Both the position numbers and the translations under genes were made by a program. The notes under the pieces are model-generated. The model worked only from the letters and a program-made list of their open reading frames with translations, was not told where the DNA came from and made no database searches. Below are positions 8,990 to 18,094 of a stretch of DNA of 64,000 nucleotides, in pieces. The stretch lies in the IMG/VR virus record IMGVR_UViG_3300023296_001674. One strand, 5' to 3'. The DNA comes from a virus. Numbering within the stretch: the stretch's first letter is position 1; each line of letters starts with the position of its first letter.

Positions 8990-9026
8990 ATGTATGTATA
9001 AATAGTATTACAGTTATTACATACAT
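8990..9026 (+). promoter_or_regulatory. 5'-UTR stem-loop (ATGTATGTA/TACATACAT, 9 bp) with a late TATAAATA box (8997-9004) in its 5' arm and loop
   Basis: Perfect 9-bp inverted repeat with a 19-nt loop. The TATAAATA box overlaps the last 2 nt of the 5' arm and the first 6 nt of the loop. It ends 9 nt before SD AAAGGA of the endonuclease gene at 9040. Confidence 0.4.
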
Positions 9027-9039
9027 AAAAGGATTTATT

Positions 9040-9933
9040 ATGAAATGCGAAAATGGTTGCGGCAAAGAATCTATATATATAACCAAGCGTGGAAGGCATA
9101 TATGCGCCAAATCTGGAAATTCATGTCCCGCTGTTAAAGAGAGAAAAAAACTATCGTATTTGAAAAAATATGGAGTTGAAAATCCGCAACAATCAAAAGA
9201 AATAAAAGATAAAACAAAAAAAACAAATCTTGACCGATATGGTTCAGAATATATTGTTATTTCTAAAGATTTTAATAAAAAAAGCAAAAAAACATTAATG
9301 GAAAATTATGGTGTCGAATATAATATGCAATCGGATATAATACAAAATAACAGAAGAAAAAAATCATTAGATATATATGGCGTAGATCATCAAAGTAAAC
9401 GTGAAGACATTAAAGATAAAAAAAGGCAGACGTCATTAAAACGATATGGGGTAGAAAGTTATTTTCAAACCGATGAATTTAGAGAAAAATATATAAAAAC
9501 AATGTTGGATAGATATGGCGTCGAGAATCCCATGCATGATAAAAAAATAAGAGAAAAATGTATTAAAGCTGCCATATCTTCATATTATAAAAAGGGCATA
9601 GGTATATCGTCTAACGGTGAACAGCGATGGCTTGATAGCCATAATATAGATATAAAAAATAGACAAAAAGTTATTGAATGTAACAGTGGCAAAATTTATA
9701 GTGTTGATGCATTAGTTGATAATACGGTTTATGAATATTTGGGTGTTTTTTGGCACGGACATCCAAAATATTTTGATCATGAAAAAATTAATACAGTCGT
9801 TGATATATCATTTGGCGAGTTATATATAAAAACAACACAGCGCATTAATGATATTATTGACACTGGATATGAAATTATTGTAGTATGGGAAGATGGAACA
9901 AATTTTACAGGAAATGAAATACATGAGACGTGA
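9040..9933 (+). CDS. freestanding homing-endonuclease-like protein: repeated YGVENP DNA-binding modules + C-terminal Vsr-like PD-(D/E)xK nuclease (mobile element)
   Basis: Five ~30-aa repeats ending in (K/R)YGVE(N/S). The C-terminus YEYLGVFWHGHP...GYEIIVVWEDG matches the Vsr motifs FVHGCFWHRH...GWRVLIVWE. Inserted between phoH and the topoisomerase gene. Confidence 0.6.
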   Translation: MKCENGCGKESIYITKRGRHICAKSGNSCPAVKERKKLSYLKKYGVENPQQSKEIKDKTKKTNLDRYGSEYIVISKDFNKKSKKTLMENYGVEYNMQSDIIQNNRRKKSLDIYGVDHQSKREDIKDKKRQTSLKRYGVESYFQTDEFREKYIKTMLDRYGVENPMHDKKIREKCIKAAISSYYKKGIGISSNGEQRWLDSHNIDIKNRQKVIECNSGKIYSVDALVDNTVYEYLGVFWHGHPKYFDHEKINTVVDISFGELYIKTTQRINDIIDTGYEIIVVWEDGTNFTGNEIHET

Positions 9934-11284
9934 TATGACATCAAGTGAATATATTTTAGATACATCAAAAGAATATTCTATATACACTTGCCACAAGCGC
10001 GGAATCCCAAGAGTCACCGATGGGCTAAAAAATGGTCAACGGCAAGCATTATGGCTTATTAGAAACAAAACAGAAAAAATAAAAGTTATTGCACTAGCGG
10101 GTGCAATGATTGAATCTGAATTATATCTTCACGGTGATAAATCTGCCGCTGATTCGATATCAAAACTTGCTGCACCTTTTTGTAATAACGTTCCTTATCT
10201 TGTTGGAAAAGGAAACTTTGGAACACGTGTATCACCCGTTGGTGGTATTGGTGCGCCAAGATATGTTTCAGTCAAAAAAGGCCAAGCAGTCGAACGGTTG
10301 ATATATCCTGATTTGGACATAGTTCCATTAATGGATAATCACGATGGTTCAACCAAAGAGCCTGAAACGTTCCTTCCTATCATTCCCACCGTTCTATTAA
10401 ATGGGGTAGCAGGAATTGCCGTAGGTTGGTCAACTGATATCCTGCCACATAAGTTAGAAGATTTAATAAAGGCTACCAAAGCAGCACTAGAAGGCAAGAA
10501 AGTGCCTAAATTGATACCATCATATGATTATTTTGATATCACAGTCAAAAAAGTTCCAGGTGTTGAAAATTCTTGGGAGTTTACTGGAAAAGTGGAAATC
10601 ATTAGCACAAGTGTCGCACGAGTTACCGAGTTACCGCCAGATTTGACATTAGAAAATTTTAGAGCACAGTTAGCACAAATGGAAGATAATGGCGCAATTA
10701 TGGATTATACTGACAAATCCACGAAAGCAATCAATATCGAAATTAAATTCAGACGTGGTTCACTTAAAGATATGTCACCTGAACAATTAATTGATACTCT
10801 TAAATTGAAATCTCGAAAAAAAGAACGCATCGTTGTTATTGATTGGGATGGACAAGCAATTCGCACATATGATAATCCCGAACAAGTTGTGGTTGATTTT
10901 GTTGCGTGGAGATTTACAAAATATATTGAACGTTATGAAAAATTGCGAGATGTAACTAATAGTGAAATAAAATTTTGGAAGGGTGTGCAAATGTGCTATC
11001 TTGATGATCTACCAGATAGATTAACAAAAATGGCAAACAAAGCGGAAATGGACAAAGAAATTCAAGATATAACAAAATCAGTCAAATTATCTGACGCACA
11101 GATTGATCGTATTTCGAATTTTGCATCATATAGATGGACTAAAGATGGATATAAACAATGTGTTGAAAAAATACATGAATTAGAACAACAATATAAAGAA
11201 TATATTAGATTGTTAAAAAATCCTGATGATATCAAAGATATTTTCATTGAAGAAATAGATGCATTAAAAAAGGTTAAGTTCTAA
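9893..11284 (+). CDS. 52: DNA topoisomerase II medium subunit (T4 gp52-like, GyrA-N-like, active-site Tyr region)
   Basis: CHKRGIPRVTDGLKNGQRQALW (cf. GyrA RAIPDVRDGLKPVQRR) and an APRYVSVKK Tyr motif. True start may be an internal ATG at 9914, 9923 or 9935; 9935 would just clear the upstream stop. Confidence 0.75.
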   Translation: MEQILQEMKYMRRDMTSSEYILDTSKEYSIYTCHKRGIPRVTDGLKNGQRQALWLIRNKTEKIKVIALAGAMIESELYLHGDKSAADSISKLAAPFCNNVPYLVGKGNFGTRVSPVGGIGAPRYVSVKKGQAVERLIYPDLDIVPLMDNHDGSTKEPETFLPIIPTVLLNGVAGIAVGWSTDILPHKLEDLIKATKAALEGKKVPKLIPSYDYFDITVKKVPGVENSWEFTGKVEIISTSVARVTELPPDLTLENFRAQLAQMEDNGAIMDYTDKSTKAINIEIKFRRGSLKDMSPEQLIDTLKLKSRKKERIVVIDWDGQAIRTYDNPEQVVVDFVAWRFTKYIERYEKLRDVTNSEIKFWKGVQMCYLDDLPDRLTKMANKAEMDKEIQDITKSVKLSDAQIDRISNFASYRWTKDGYKQCVEKIHELEQQYKEYIRLLKNPDDIKDIFIEEIDALKKVKF

Positions 11285-11526
11285 TGAGCGATCCACACAA
11301 ATATATAATAACATATGGGCCATGCACGGGCAATCCATCCAATCATTTAAATTTTCAAAAAAAACATGACGGAAATAAAGTGAAAGAAATAAATGACACA
11401 CATGGATTGAATGTCAAAGTTGAATATGATATGGAATTTCATGGTAATGATCTTCATACACTTACCGTTATATACAGTTCGGATGAAGAATCAGATTTGG
11501 TTGCATTTAAATTGTTAACAATATGA
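11284..11526 (+). CDS. small protein, divergent member of the AFKL(R/K)W C-terminal family (ends ...VAFKLLTI)
   Basis: C-terminal DLVAFKLLTI. ATGA-type overlaps with both neighbours. Confidence 0.4.
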   Translation: MSDPHKYIITYGPCTGNPSNHLNFQKKHDGNKVKEINDTHGLNVKVEYDMEFHGNDLHTLTVIYSSDEESDLVAFKLLTI

Positions 11527-11786
11527 CATTTGAAATAATAGATGCAGATGGTACCAAACCGCAATATATCGACGGCAAAGAAATATATGGATGCACACAT
11601 TATGTTGATTTTGACGGATATGTAAAAGACAAATATGATTGGATGCTTGACAATGTTGCCTTATGGTATTATGATGTTCAGCACGAGCCAATGGATAGAA
11701 ACGGTGATTGTGGCGGTGGTGAATTATTGACAATATATTTTACTACGATTGAAGACGCGATGGCGTTTAAATTAGCATGGACTTAA
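11523..11786 (+). CDS. AFKLRW-family small protein
   Basis: Internal DWMLDNV (W-x-x-x-N motif) and C-terminal EDAMAFKLAWT immediately before the stop. Confidence 0.5.
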   Translation: MTFEIIDADGTKPQYIDGKEIYGCTHYVDFDGYVKDKYDWMLDNVALWYYDVQHEPMDRNGDCGGGELLTIYFTTIEDAMAFKLAWT

Positions 11787-11790
11787 CGAA

Positions 11791-12039
11791 ATGGTGTTAA
11801 AGAATATGAAAAAACAATATGAATATATGTTTTATGGCGACAATTATGATTTCGAAGATGTTCGCGAAATAGAAGAATGGTGTGTGGAAAATATTGTTGA
11901 CATTAATGATTGGTGGTTTGATGAAAAAATAACAAGACATTCTGAAGGTATTAATTATATTGGCACTCAATATGAATATGTATTTGGCTTCAAACACGAT
12001 ACAGATGCAATGGCATTTAAAATATTATGGGTTTTTTAG
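11791..12039 (+). CDS. AFKLRW-family small protein
   Basis: EEWCVENIVD motif and C-terminal TDAMAFKILWVF-stop. Confidence 0.5.
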   Translation: MVLKNMKKQYEYMFYGDNYDFEDVREIEEWCVENIVDINDWWFDEKITRHSEGINYIGTQYEYVFGFKHDTDAMAFKILWVF

Positions 12040-12052
12040 AGAGGAATATATC

Positions 12053-12256
12053 ATGACAACTGCTACGAAAGAAGAACAAATAATGTCTGCTTTTTATCTT
12101 GTTGGTAATAACGATACCGAACATGATATTAGAGCATGGTGGAAACAATATGGTGATTTATACGACGAAGTATTTGCCGATGAAAATAACAGAAAACGAT
12201 CCCAAGAAATAGCCGATGAGTTATGGATTGAAAAATGTCCACTTGACAAATCATAA
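12053..12256 (+). CDS. hypothetical small protein
   Basis: Listed ORF 11960-12256 trimmed to ATG 12053, preceded by SD GAGAGGAA. Trp-rich (AWWKQYGDLYDE). Confidence 0.35.
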   Translation: MTTATKEEQIMSAFYLVGNNDTEHDIRAWWKQYGDLYDEVFADENNRKRSQEIADELWIEKCPLDKS

Positions 12257-12271
12257 ATAATGTAGTATAAT
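12243..12271 (+). promoter_or_regulatory. sigma70-type early promoter (TTGACA-N17-TATAAT) with TAATGTAGTAT word
   Basis: TTGACA at 12243-12248 and TATAAT at 12266-12271. SD AAGGACGG and ATG at 12302. Confidence 0.55.
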
Positions 12272-12301
12272 CAATACATTAACATAATAAAGGACGGCTT
12301 A

Positions 12302-14182
12302 ATGGTCAATAAAGATGAAGAAATTGATGCACTCAATCCATATCAACACTCGCGGTTGCGTACAGAAGTGTATAGTGGTTCAAGACAACCACACACCCAA
12401 GAAGTTATCATATACAATGAAAAACATGAACCAATAATCGAAGAAGTTACGTGGATTCCTGCATTATTAACATATTATAGAGAAATAGTCGATAACGCTT
12501 GTGATGAAGTTATCGGTCTTGGCAATGGCAATCGCGTCGACATAAACTTTGATAAAGACACCTTCGTGTTTAGTTGCACGGATAATGGTAGAGGTATTCC
12601 TATAAAGCCGGTTTCGAAAACTGATGATACACCGATGGCAACCGCCGTATTGACTAGAACTATGATGGGAAGAAATTTTAGAGAGCGCAAACAAGTTGGT
12701 GGACAGAATGGTATGGGTGTAGCCATTTCTGTATATTGCAGCAAGTGGTCTAAGGTAGAAATTCGCCGTGATAAAAAATTGTTTACACAAAGTTTCGCGG
12801 AACACGATATTGAATTAATGATCGAGTTTCCTAAAACAAAAAAAGATAAAAATGTTACCACTGGAACAAAAATAACTGTATCACCAAGTGAAAAGGTGTT
12901 TCATGGTGGATTGATTATGCCTGAACAATTTTTATATTCACGTATATTTGATGTAGCATTGGCTAATCCTACTGTGCAAATATTTTATAACGGTAAGCGC
13001 ATTCGTGTTAGACCGGCAAGTGAAAAAACATTATTTCCTAACGATGATACCGTGTATATCGACATTCGTGAAAATGCATTTCGATCACGATTTATATTGA
13101 AACCAGATTTTCGTGTTGGTGATGTAATGATGCATTCGATTGTAAATAACATACCTGTTTTTGATGGTGGTTCACATATCGATGCTTTCACCACCGCGTT
13201 CTATTCTGGCTTACTTAATGCTATGGCATCGCAAGCAAAGAAACGCAAATTGACGTTGCATAGAAACGACGTCAACAGCGGATTATTAATATACAATATC
13301 ACAACTATGGATGCTCCTGATTTTAACTCACAAGCCAAAACAAAATTGATCAATGAAGATGTTGGTAAGATAATCAAAAATTATTTTACTGATGAAAAAG
13401 TATTCAAAGATATTATTAAAAAGAATCCAACATGGGCCGAATCGATATTAGAACGTTGTGAAGCAAGAACGCAGAAAAAAGAAGAAAAGGATGTTGCAAA
13501 ATTATCCAAGAAAAATCTACGAGGGCGCGTTCCTGAATTGCTAGATGCTGCTGGTAAAGATAGAAGCAAGTGCATACTATTGCTTGGTGAGGGCGATTCT
13601 GCTGTATCAGGCATACCACCAGTGCGCGATCCTGACATTCATGGCGTATTGGGCATTCAAGGTAAGATCATGAACGTTAACGGCGAACGTCCAAAGAAAG
13701 TATTAGATAGTGCAACGCTGTCATCATTGATGACAACCATTGGCTTAGTTATGGGGCAAGTAACTGTTCGCAAAGAAATGAACTACGGTAAAGTTTACTT
13801 TGCTACTGATGCTGACCCTGATGGATTAAATATTGCTGCATTGTTAGCCAATTTCTTTTATACTTATTGGCCTGAATTATTTGACCCTGATAAAGAACCT
13901 GTGTTCTACATCTTCAATACGCCGTTTATTATTGCCCGTAAAGGAAAACAAAATAAATATTGGTATTCACACGACTTTAATGATTTCATACCAACTGAAT
14001 TTAAAGGATGGGAAATAACAAGAGCAAAAGGTTTAGCGGCATTGGAAGAACCTGATTGGATTTATTCATTGGCTAAACCCGATTTATACCCGCTAACTGA
14101 TGATGGCAGAATGGTAGAAGCATTAGATTTGATATTTAATTCGGATTTAGCGGACGCACGCAAATTATGGATCGGACTTTAA
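12302..14182 (+). CDS. 39: DNA topoisomerase II large subunit (T4 gp39 fused with gp60-equivalent; GyrB-like ATPase + Toprim)
   Basis: GHKL ATPase motifs EIVDNACDEV and CTDNGRGIP; Toprim ILLLGEGDSAVSG. 626 aa covers both gp39 and gp60 equivalents without interruption. Confidence 0.85.
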   Translation: MVNKDEEIDALNPYQHSRLRTEVYSGSRQPHTQEVIIYNEKHEPIIEEVTWIPALLTYYREIVDNACDEVIGLGNGNRVDINFDKDTFVFSCTDNGRGIPIKPVSKTDDTPMATAVLTRTMMGRNFRERKQVGGQNGMGVAISVYCSKWSKVEIRRDKKLFTQSFAEHDIELMIEFPKTKKDKNVTTGTKITVSPSEKVFHGGLIMPEQFLYSRIFDVALANPTVQIFYNGKRIRVRPASEKTLFPNDDTVYIDIRENAFRSRFILKPDFRVGDVMMHSIVNNIPVFDGGSHIDAFTTAFYSGLLNAMASQAKKRKLTLHRNDVNSGLLIYNITTMDAPDFNSQAKTKLINEDVGKIIKNYFTDEKVFKDIIKKNPTWAESILERCEARTQKKEEKDVAKLSKKNLRGRVPELLDAAGKDRSKCILLLGEGDSAVSGIPPVRDPDIHGVLGIQGKIMNVNGERPKKVLDSATLSSLMTTIGLVMGQVTVRKEMNYGKVYFATDADPDGLNIAALLANFFYTYWPELFDPDKEPVFYIFNTPFIIARKGKQNKYWYSHDFNDFIPTEFKGWEITRAKGLAALEEPDWIYSLAKPDLYPLTDDGRMVEALDLIFNSDLADARKLWIGL

Positions 14183-15295
14183 TTTTATTTTCTTCCAGTC
14201 TCTTTCCCACATTGTAATGACATTATATCCTGCATTTATTAACATTAATTCTTTTTTAATAGTATTATCATATAATTCACCCATTGTGCATTTTGTTCGT
14301 TTATTATAAACCGATCTATCAAATATTTCTGGATTGCCGTGCCAATAATCGCCATTGAATTCATAAACAGTGTTGGTTATTGGGTTATAACCATCTACAA
14401 ATTTATCATTGATTTTTTGTTCTAATATTATATTTTTATCATTTAAACTATTGAACCATTCGGTTGCTGGTTTTGATATACGATACCTACATGATGGACA
14501 TCCGGTACCCATTTTGTGTGAATTTGCCTCTTGATAAAATTCGCCATGTTTTGGACATATTATAATTATTTTTTCAACGCATCCATTATATTCGGTTTTT
14601 GAATAATTGTATTTGTAATTATGTATAATTTCTACCTGTTTAATGTATTCTTCGGTTGATATTAATTTGTCTTTATAAAAGCATTTGATGCATCCACCGC
14701 CATTATAATGCGTATCGATTCGTTTTTTAAAAATTCCATGTGTTTTACATATTATTTTTATTTCTTGTTTATAGTTAGTATATTGATTGATTAACGAATA
14801 GTCATATTTATTATCGTGTACAATATTAAATAAATTTATCATATCGATGTGTGTTTCAAATTGTTTTAATTTATTTCGTCTTATTATTTCACTACATTGT
14901 TGACAGCCTTGACCTTCTAAATGCCTTGACGCTTGTGTGATGAATTTTCCATGCTTTTTGCATATAATTGTAATTTTATCATGTGAGTGTGTGTAGACAG
15001 TATCCGTGTAATCATATTCATTATCAAATATTTTTTTTGATTTTTTAATAAATTCTTGAATATTGCTTTTGTTTTTGATTTTATTTTTAATTCCTGCGCT
15101 TATTCTACCGCATTTATAACAGCCGACCCCTTTTTTATGTTGCCATGCCATTAATTCAAAAATGCCATGTTCTTGACATATAATTTTAATTTTTGTATCT
15201 GCATTTTTATAATCAACTAATGAATAATCAAATCGATTATTCCATTTTTTAACAAATCGATCAATAACAATAGCAGTGGTTAATTTGCTTGACAT
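14165..15295 (-). CDS. freestanding homing-endonuclease-like protein: four Zn-finger-like IICxxHGxF...GxGCxxC repeats + Vsr-like PD-(D/E)xK nuclease (mobile element)
   Basis: Four tandem IIC(Q/K/P)xHG(I/K/E)F...H..G.GC..C modules. C-terminus VYEFNGDYWHGNP...GYNVITMWERDW is paralogous to the nuclease domain of the 9040 gene. It converges on and overlaps the 3' end of the topoisomerase gene. Confidence 0.6.
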   Translation of the reverse strand: MSSKLTTAIVIDRFVKKWNNRFDYSLVDYKNADTKIKIICQEHGIFELMAWQHKKGVGCYKCGRISAGIKNKIKNKSNIQEFIKKSKKIFDNEYDYTDTVYTHSHDKITIICKKHGKFITQASRHLEGQGCQQCSEIIRRNKLKQFETHIDMINLFNIVHDNKYDYSLINQYTNYKQEIKIICKTHGIFKKRIDTHYNGGGCIKCFYKDKLISTEEYIKQVEIIHNYKYNYSKTEYNGCVEKIIIICPKHGEFYQEANSHKMGTGCPSCRYRISKPATEWFNSLNDKNIILEQKINDKFVDGYNPITNTVYEFNGDYWHGNPEIFDRSVYNKRTKCTMGELYDNTIKKELMLINAGYNVITMWERDWKKIKLKSDP

Positions 15296-15355
15296 GGTTT
15301 ATATACCTTGATATAATGTATTACTATACTTATTTAGTCTTTTTTATAGATAATG

Positions 15356-15363
15356 TATAAATA
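15356..15363 (+). promoter_or_regulatory. T4 late-type promoter box TATAAATA
   Basis: Exact TATAAATA lies ~30 nt upstream of ATG 15393. Confidence 0.4.
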
Positions 15364-15392
15364 AAAGAAATAACTTGATAGGAATGATAAAT

Positions 15393-15791
15393 ATGACATC
15401 TAAAATATTGCGTTTTCAAAAAACATTAACCCCAAAATACGTTAGAGTAATGGCGGATTTTGGTGCCGATGGATTGTGGGACAGCCAAGGTCGCATGAGT
15501 GATTGTGATATCGACCTACCCGATGATATTGGATTTCGTTTAGACGAATGGCAGACATGGTTTAGTAGCAAATATGATTGCGAGTTAGACGATAGGTACT
15601 TAACAGAAGTATTTAAAGTTAGAGATTTTGCCGATGAAGGGTTAGAAATCGCACGCGATCTTAAAATTTATTTGGGTGATGCATGGACTGTAGTTTATTT
15701 TGATGCATTTCGATCTATGGTTCATAGCCGTGACAAACTAACTGTAAATAGAACATTTTTTGAGTATGAAATAATATGCGATACAGAGTAA
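15393..15791 (+). CDS. hypothetical protein
   Basis: ORF listed from TTG 15375. First ATGs are at 15384/15393, downstream of the late box. No motifs. Confidence 0.4.
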   Translation: MTSKILRFQKTLTPKYVRVMADFGADGLWDSQGRMSDCDIDLPDDIGFRLDEWQTWFSSKYDCELDDRYLTEVFKVRDFADEGLEIARDLKIYLGDAWTVVYFDAFRSMVHSRDKLTVNRTFFEYEIICDTE

Positions 15792-15994
15792 CAACATTAT
15801 TGCGCGAAGGAATCAGAGATAATGCCGGTGTGGCATCAACACTTGCTTTACATCGATTAGGGTTTCCTGACGTCACCAGTGTCCTCATTGGTAATACTTA
15901 TGAATTTGATTACGAAGGAGACGTTGACGAAATCGTAAAAGAGTTGTATAATCCAGTAATGGAAGATTATACAGTGGAGGTTATTGAAGAATGA
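15776..15994 (+). CDS. hypothetical small protein
   Basis: 72-aa ORF overlapping its neighbours by 16 and 4 nt (coupled arrangement). Confidence 0.35.
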   Translation: MRYRVTTLLREGIRDNAGVASTLALHRLGFPDVTSVLIGNTYEFDYEGDVDEIVKELYNPVMEDYTVEVIEE

Positions 15995-16338
15995 AAGTAT
16001 ATTTAGATGATTATCGTAAAATACCAGATGACACTTGGACTTTGGCTACGTCATATCAAAACTTTAGACATGTTATTGAAGATGGCGATGAAGAGATAAC
16101 TGAAATATCATTCGACCACGATTTGGGGGTAGATAGTAGCAACCATGTAGCCTTAACAGGCATGGATGCAGTTAAATGGCTAATCAGCCATATAGAATGC
16201 TTTGCACCAGAATTAAATAGATCATTAAAAGCCATATATGTTCATAGTGCAAATCCAGTTGGTGCAGAAAATATACGTTCATACTGCAAAAGCGCACAAA
16301 AGCACGGAATTTTAAATATGGACGTGGTCGTTAAATAG
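15991..16338 (+). CDS. hypothetical protein
   Basis: 115-aa ORF with ATGA overlap to the upstream gene. Confidence 0.4.
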   Translation: MKVYLDDYRKIPDDTWTLATSYQNFRHVIEDGDEEITEISFDHDLGVDSSNHVALTGMDAVKWLISHIECFAPELNRSLKAIYVHSANPVGAENIRSYCKSAQKHGILNMDVVVK

Positions 16339-16382
16339 TATTATAATAAATATATTATACACGATTTAACGAGGATAAGCAA

Positions 16383-16691
16383 ATGAAGCACTTATTACTA
16401 TCATTATCTATACTTATGGGTTTAACGTATACAACAACATCAGCACACGCACAAGCGGTATGTGGACCACGCGATAGCATGGTAAAACAGCTAGGTAAGG
16501 GTTATACAGAAACACAAAAAATGATAGGTTTAGCGGCAAATGGCAGTTTGATGGAAATATTTACATCAGACATTTCTGGATCGTGGACTATTATGTTAAC
16601 TGCGCCAAATGATACCACGTGTTTAATGGCGGCAGGAAAATTTTTTGGTATGGTTAAGGAAACAAAAAAGCCAAATAGTAAAGAAAATTAA
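16383..16691 (+). CDS. small secreted/periplasmic protein with cleavable signal peptide
   Basis: N-terminal MKHLLLSLSILMGLTYTTTSAHA-QA (hydrophobic h-region plus AHA signal-peptidase site). Two Cys in the mature part. SD GAGGATAAG. Confidence 0.5.
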   Translation: MKHLLLSLSILMGLTYTTTSAHAQAVCGPRDSMVKQLGKGYTETQKMIGLAANGSLMEIFTSDISGSWTIMLTAPNDTTCLMAAGKFFGMVKETKKPNSKEN

Positions 16692-16704
16692 CAATTAAAG
16701 GTGA

Positions 16705-17169
16705 TTGATGAAAATTAGATATAAAATAGGAGATTTGTTGGATTGTCCTGAACAAACAATATTGCAGGGAGTTAATATGCAGATCAAAATGCGATCTGGG
16801 ATAGCCAAAGCAATTCGTGAAAAATACCCAGAAGTTTACGAAGAATATAAAAAAGTCGCAGAAACAAAGGGTTTACACCTTGGTGATGTTATATGGGTGG
16901 CAACAGATGATAAATTGATAGCCAATGGTGTCACACAAGAATTTTATGGCAGAGATAATAAGTGCTATATTGATTACGAGGCGATACGAACGGTAATGAA
17001 AACTATTAATTCTTGTGCTATATTGAGTAATATTACGCATGTATCCATGCCATTAATAGGTGCAGGATTGGGCGGCGGCGATTTTAGTATAATTTCAAAA
17101 ATTATTGAAGAAGAGTCCAAGAATTTTCAACCGGTTGTGTATGTATTAACAGAATCTGATCTTCCGTGA
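16705..17169 (+). CDS. macro-domain protein (ADP-ribose binding / ADP-ribosyl hydrolase family)
   Basis: YKIGDLLDCPEQTILQGVNMQ...GIAKAI...GDVIW...SMPLIGAGLGGGDF matches the macro-domain core (GD..., VNAAN-like, G-(A/I)-G-x-G-G phosphate loop). Confidence 0.6.
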   Translation: MMKIRYKIGDLLDCPEQTILQGVNMQIKMRSGIAKAIREKYPEVYEEYKKVAETKGLHLGDVIWVATDDKLIANGVTQEFYGRDNKCYIDYEAIRTVMKTINSCAILSNITHVSMPLIGAGLGGGDFSIISKIIEEESKNFQPVVYVLTESDLP

Positions 17170-18037
17170 GTTTTTTACATTGCCAATTTTTTAATAGTCC
17201 GCGATTGGGTTTATAGTTTTCGTTTTTCCACATTTTGGTTAAAGTCCATATTGGCAAGTTCAAATCTTCCGAAAACGTGATTAAAGTTCCGTATGCTAAA
17301 TATATATTGTTATCGGGTGCAACAATCCTCCAAATATGTTTTTTTGCATTATTATATTTTAATGTATCTGTTCTTTTTTTAATAGACTGTGGTGATAATG
17401 GGTTAGTTTTTATACCTTTATTCCATGGAATATTACCTTTTAGTGTGTTGCTTATTTTCTGTCTCACATCTAATCGTTTTGATGAACTAAGAGCGCCCGT
17501 TCTGCCAGTTGGTCTACCGGTCAAAGTTTTGCTTATTTTTTGTTTTATATTATCTGCATTAGAACCAAATCGTTCCATAAATGATTTTCCTTTATGGCGT
17601 AAACTCATTTCATATTTTATTTGCGTCGCTTTTTCTTTTCCGTATCTTTGTTCTAATGTTATACCTTTTAATTTTTCTCTAAGTAAATTTTTTGTATATT
17701 CTGAAGTTTTGCTACCTTTTCTGTTTGGTGGTCTAAGACCAAGGCATATATTGGTTAATATTCCGTTTTTTTCAAAATCTATTCTGCCATATTGACGAAT
17801 TAATTTATCTTCTAAATCATATGCATCATTTTCAGATAAATGTTTTGATACAATATGTATAATAGGATGTTGACCATTTTTCAATATATTTTGTATTTTT
17901 TTAAACTTTCTTTTATTATCAGCATTGGCTTCAGTTTCCGTCAAATGTATGAGATAGCGATTTTTGCATCCTTTGCCGATATAAAACGGCTCATTGGTAT
18001 ATGGATCATAATAAATATAGACATAATAAGTATTCAT
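17102..18037 (-). CDS. GIY-YIG homing endonuclease with NUMOD3-like repeats (Seg-like; mobile element)
   Basis: Trimmed to ATG 18037, which has SD AGGAG upstream. N-terminus MNTYYVYIYYDPYTNEPFYIGKGCKNRY is the GIY-YIG motif. C-terminal KGK/TGR-rich NUMOD3-type DNA-binding repeats. The 3' end overlaps the macro-domain gene by 67 nt (convergent). Confidence 0.75.
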   Translation of the reverse strand: MNTYYVYIYYDPYTNEPFYIGKGCKNRYLIHLTETEANADNKRKFKKIQNILKNGQHPIIHIVSKHLSENDAYDLEDKLIRQYGRIDFEKNGILTNICLGLRPPNRKGSKTSEYTKNLLREKLKGITLEQRYGKEKATQIKYEMSLRHKGKSFMERFGSNADNIKQKISKTLTGRPTGRTGALSSSKRLDVRQKISNTLKGNIPWNKGIKTNPLSPQSIKKRTDTLKYNNAKKHIWRIVAPDNNIYLAYGTLITFSEDLNLPIWTLTKMWKNENYKPNRGLLKNWQCKKLTEDQILLIHTQPVENSWTLLQ

Positions 18038-18094
18038 GCTGTAAACTCCTGTATAGTTTATAGTGTAATTGGGTGTTCCATCACCGCGAATTAC

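Noticed and set aside
8988-9287. 99-aa minus-strand ORF covering the promoter/hairpin region and the start of the 9040 endonuclease
   Set aside because: Overlaps a well-supported promoter, 5'-UTR hairpin and the repeat-bearing plus-strand gene. Phe/Ile-rich antisense artefact.
17235-17795. 186-aa plus-strand ORF opposite the GIY-YIG endonuclease gene
   Set aside because: Lies entirely inside a gene with clear GIY-YIG and NUMOD3 motifs on the other strand. Hydrophobic Phe/Leu-rich antisense artefact typical of AT-rich DNA.
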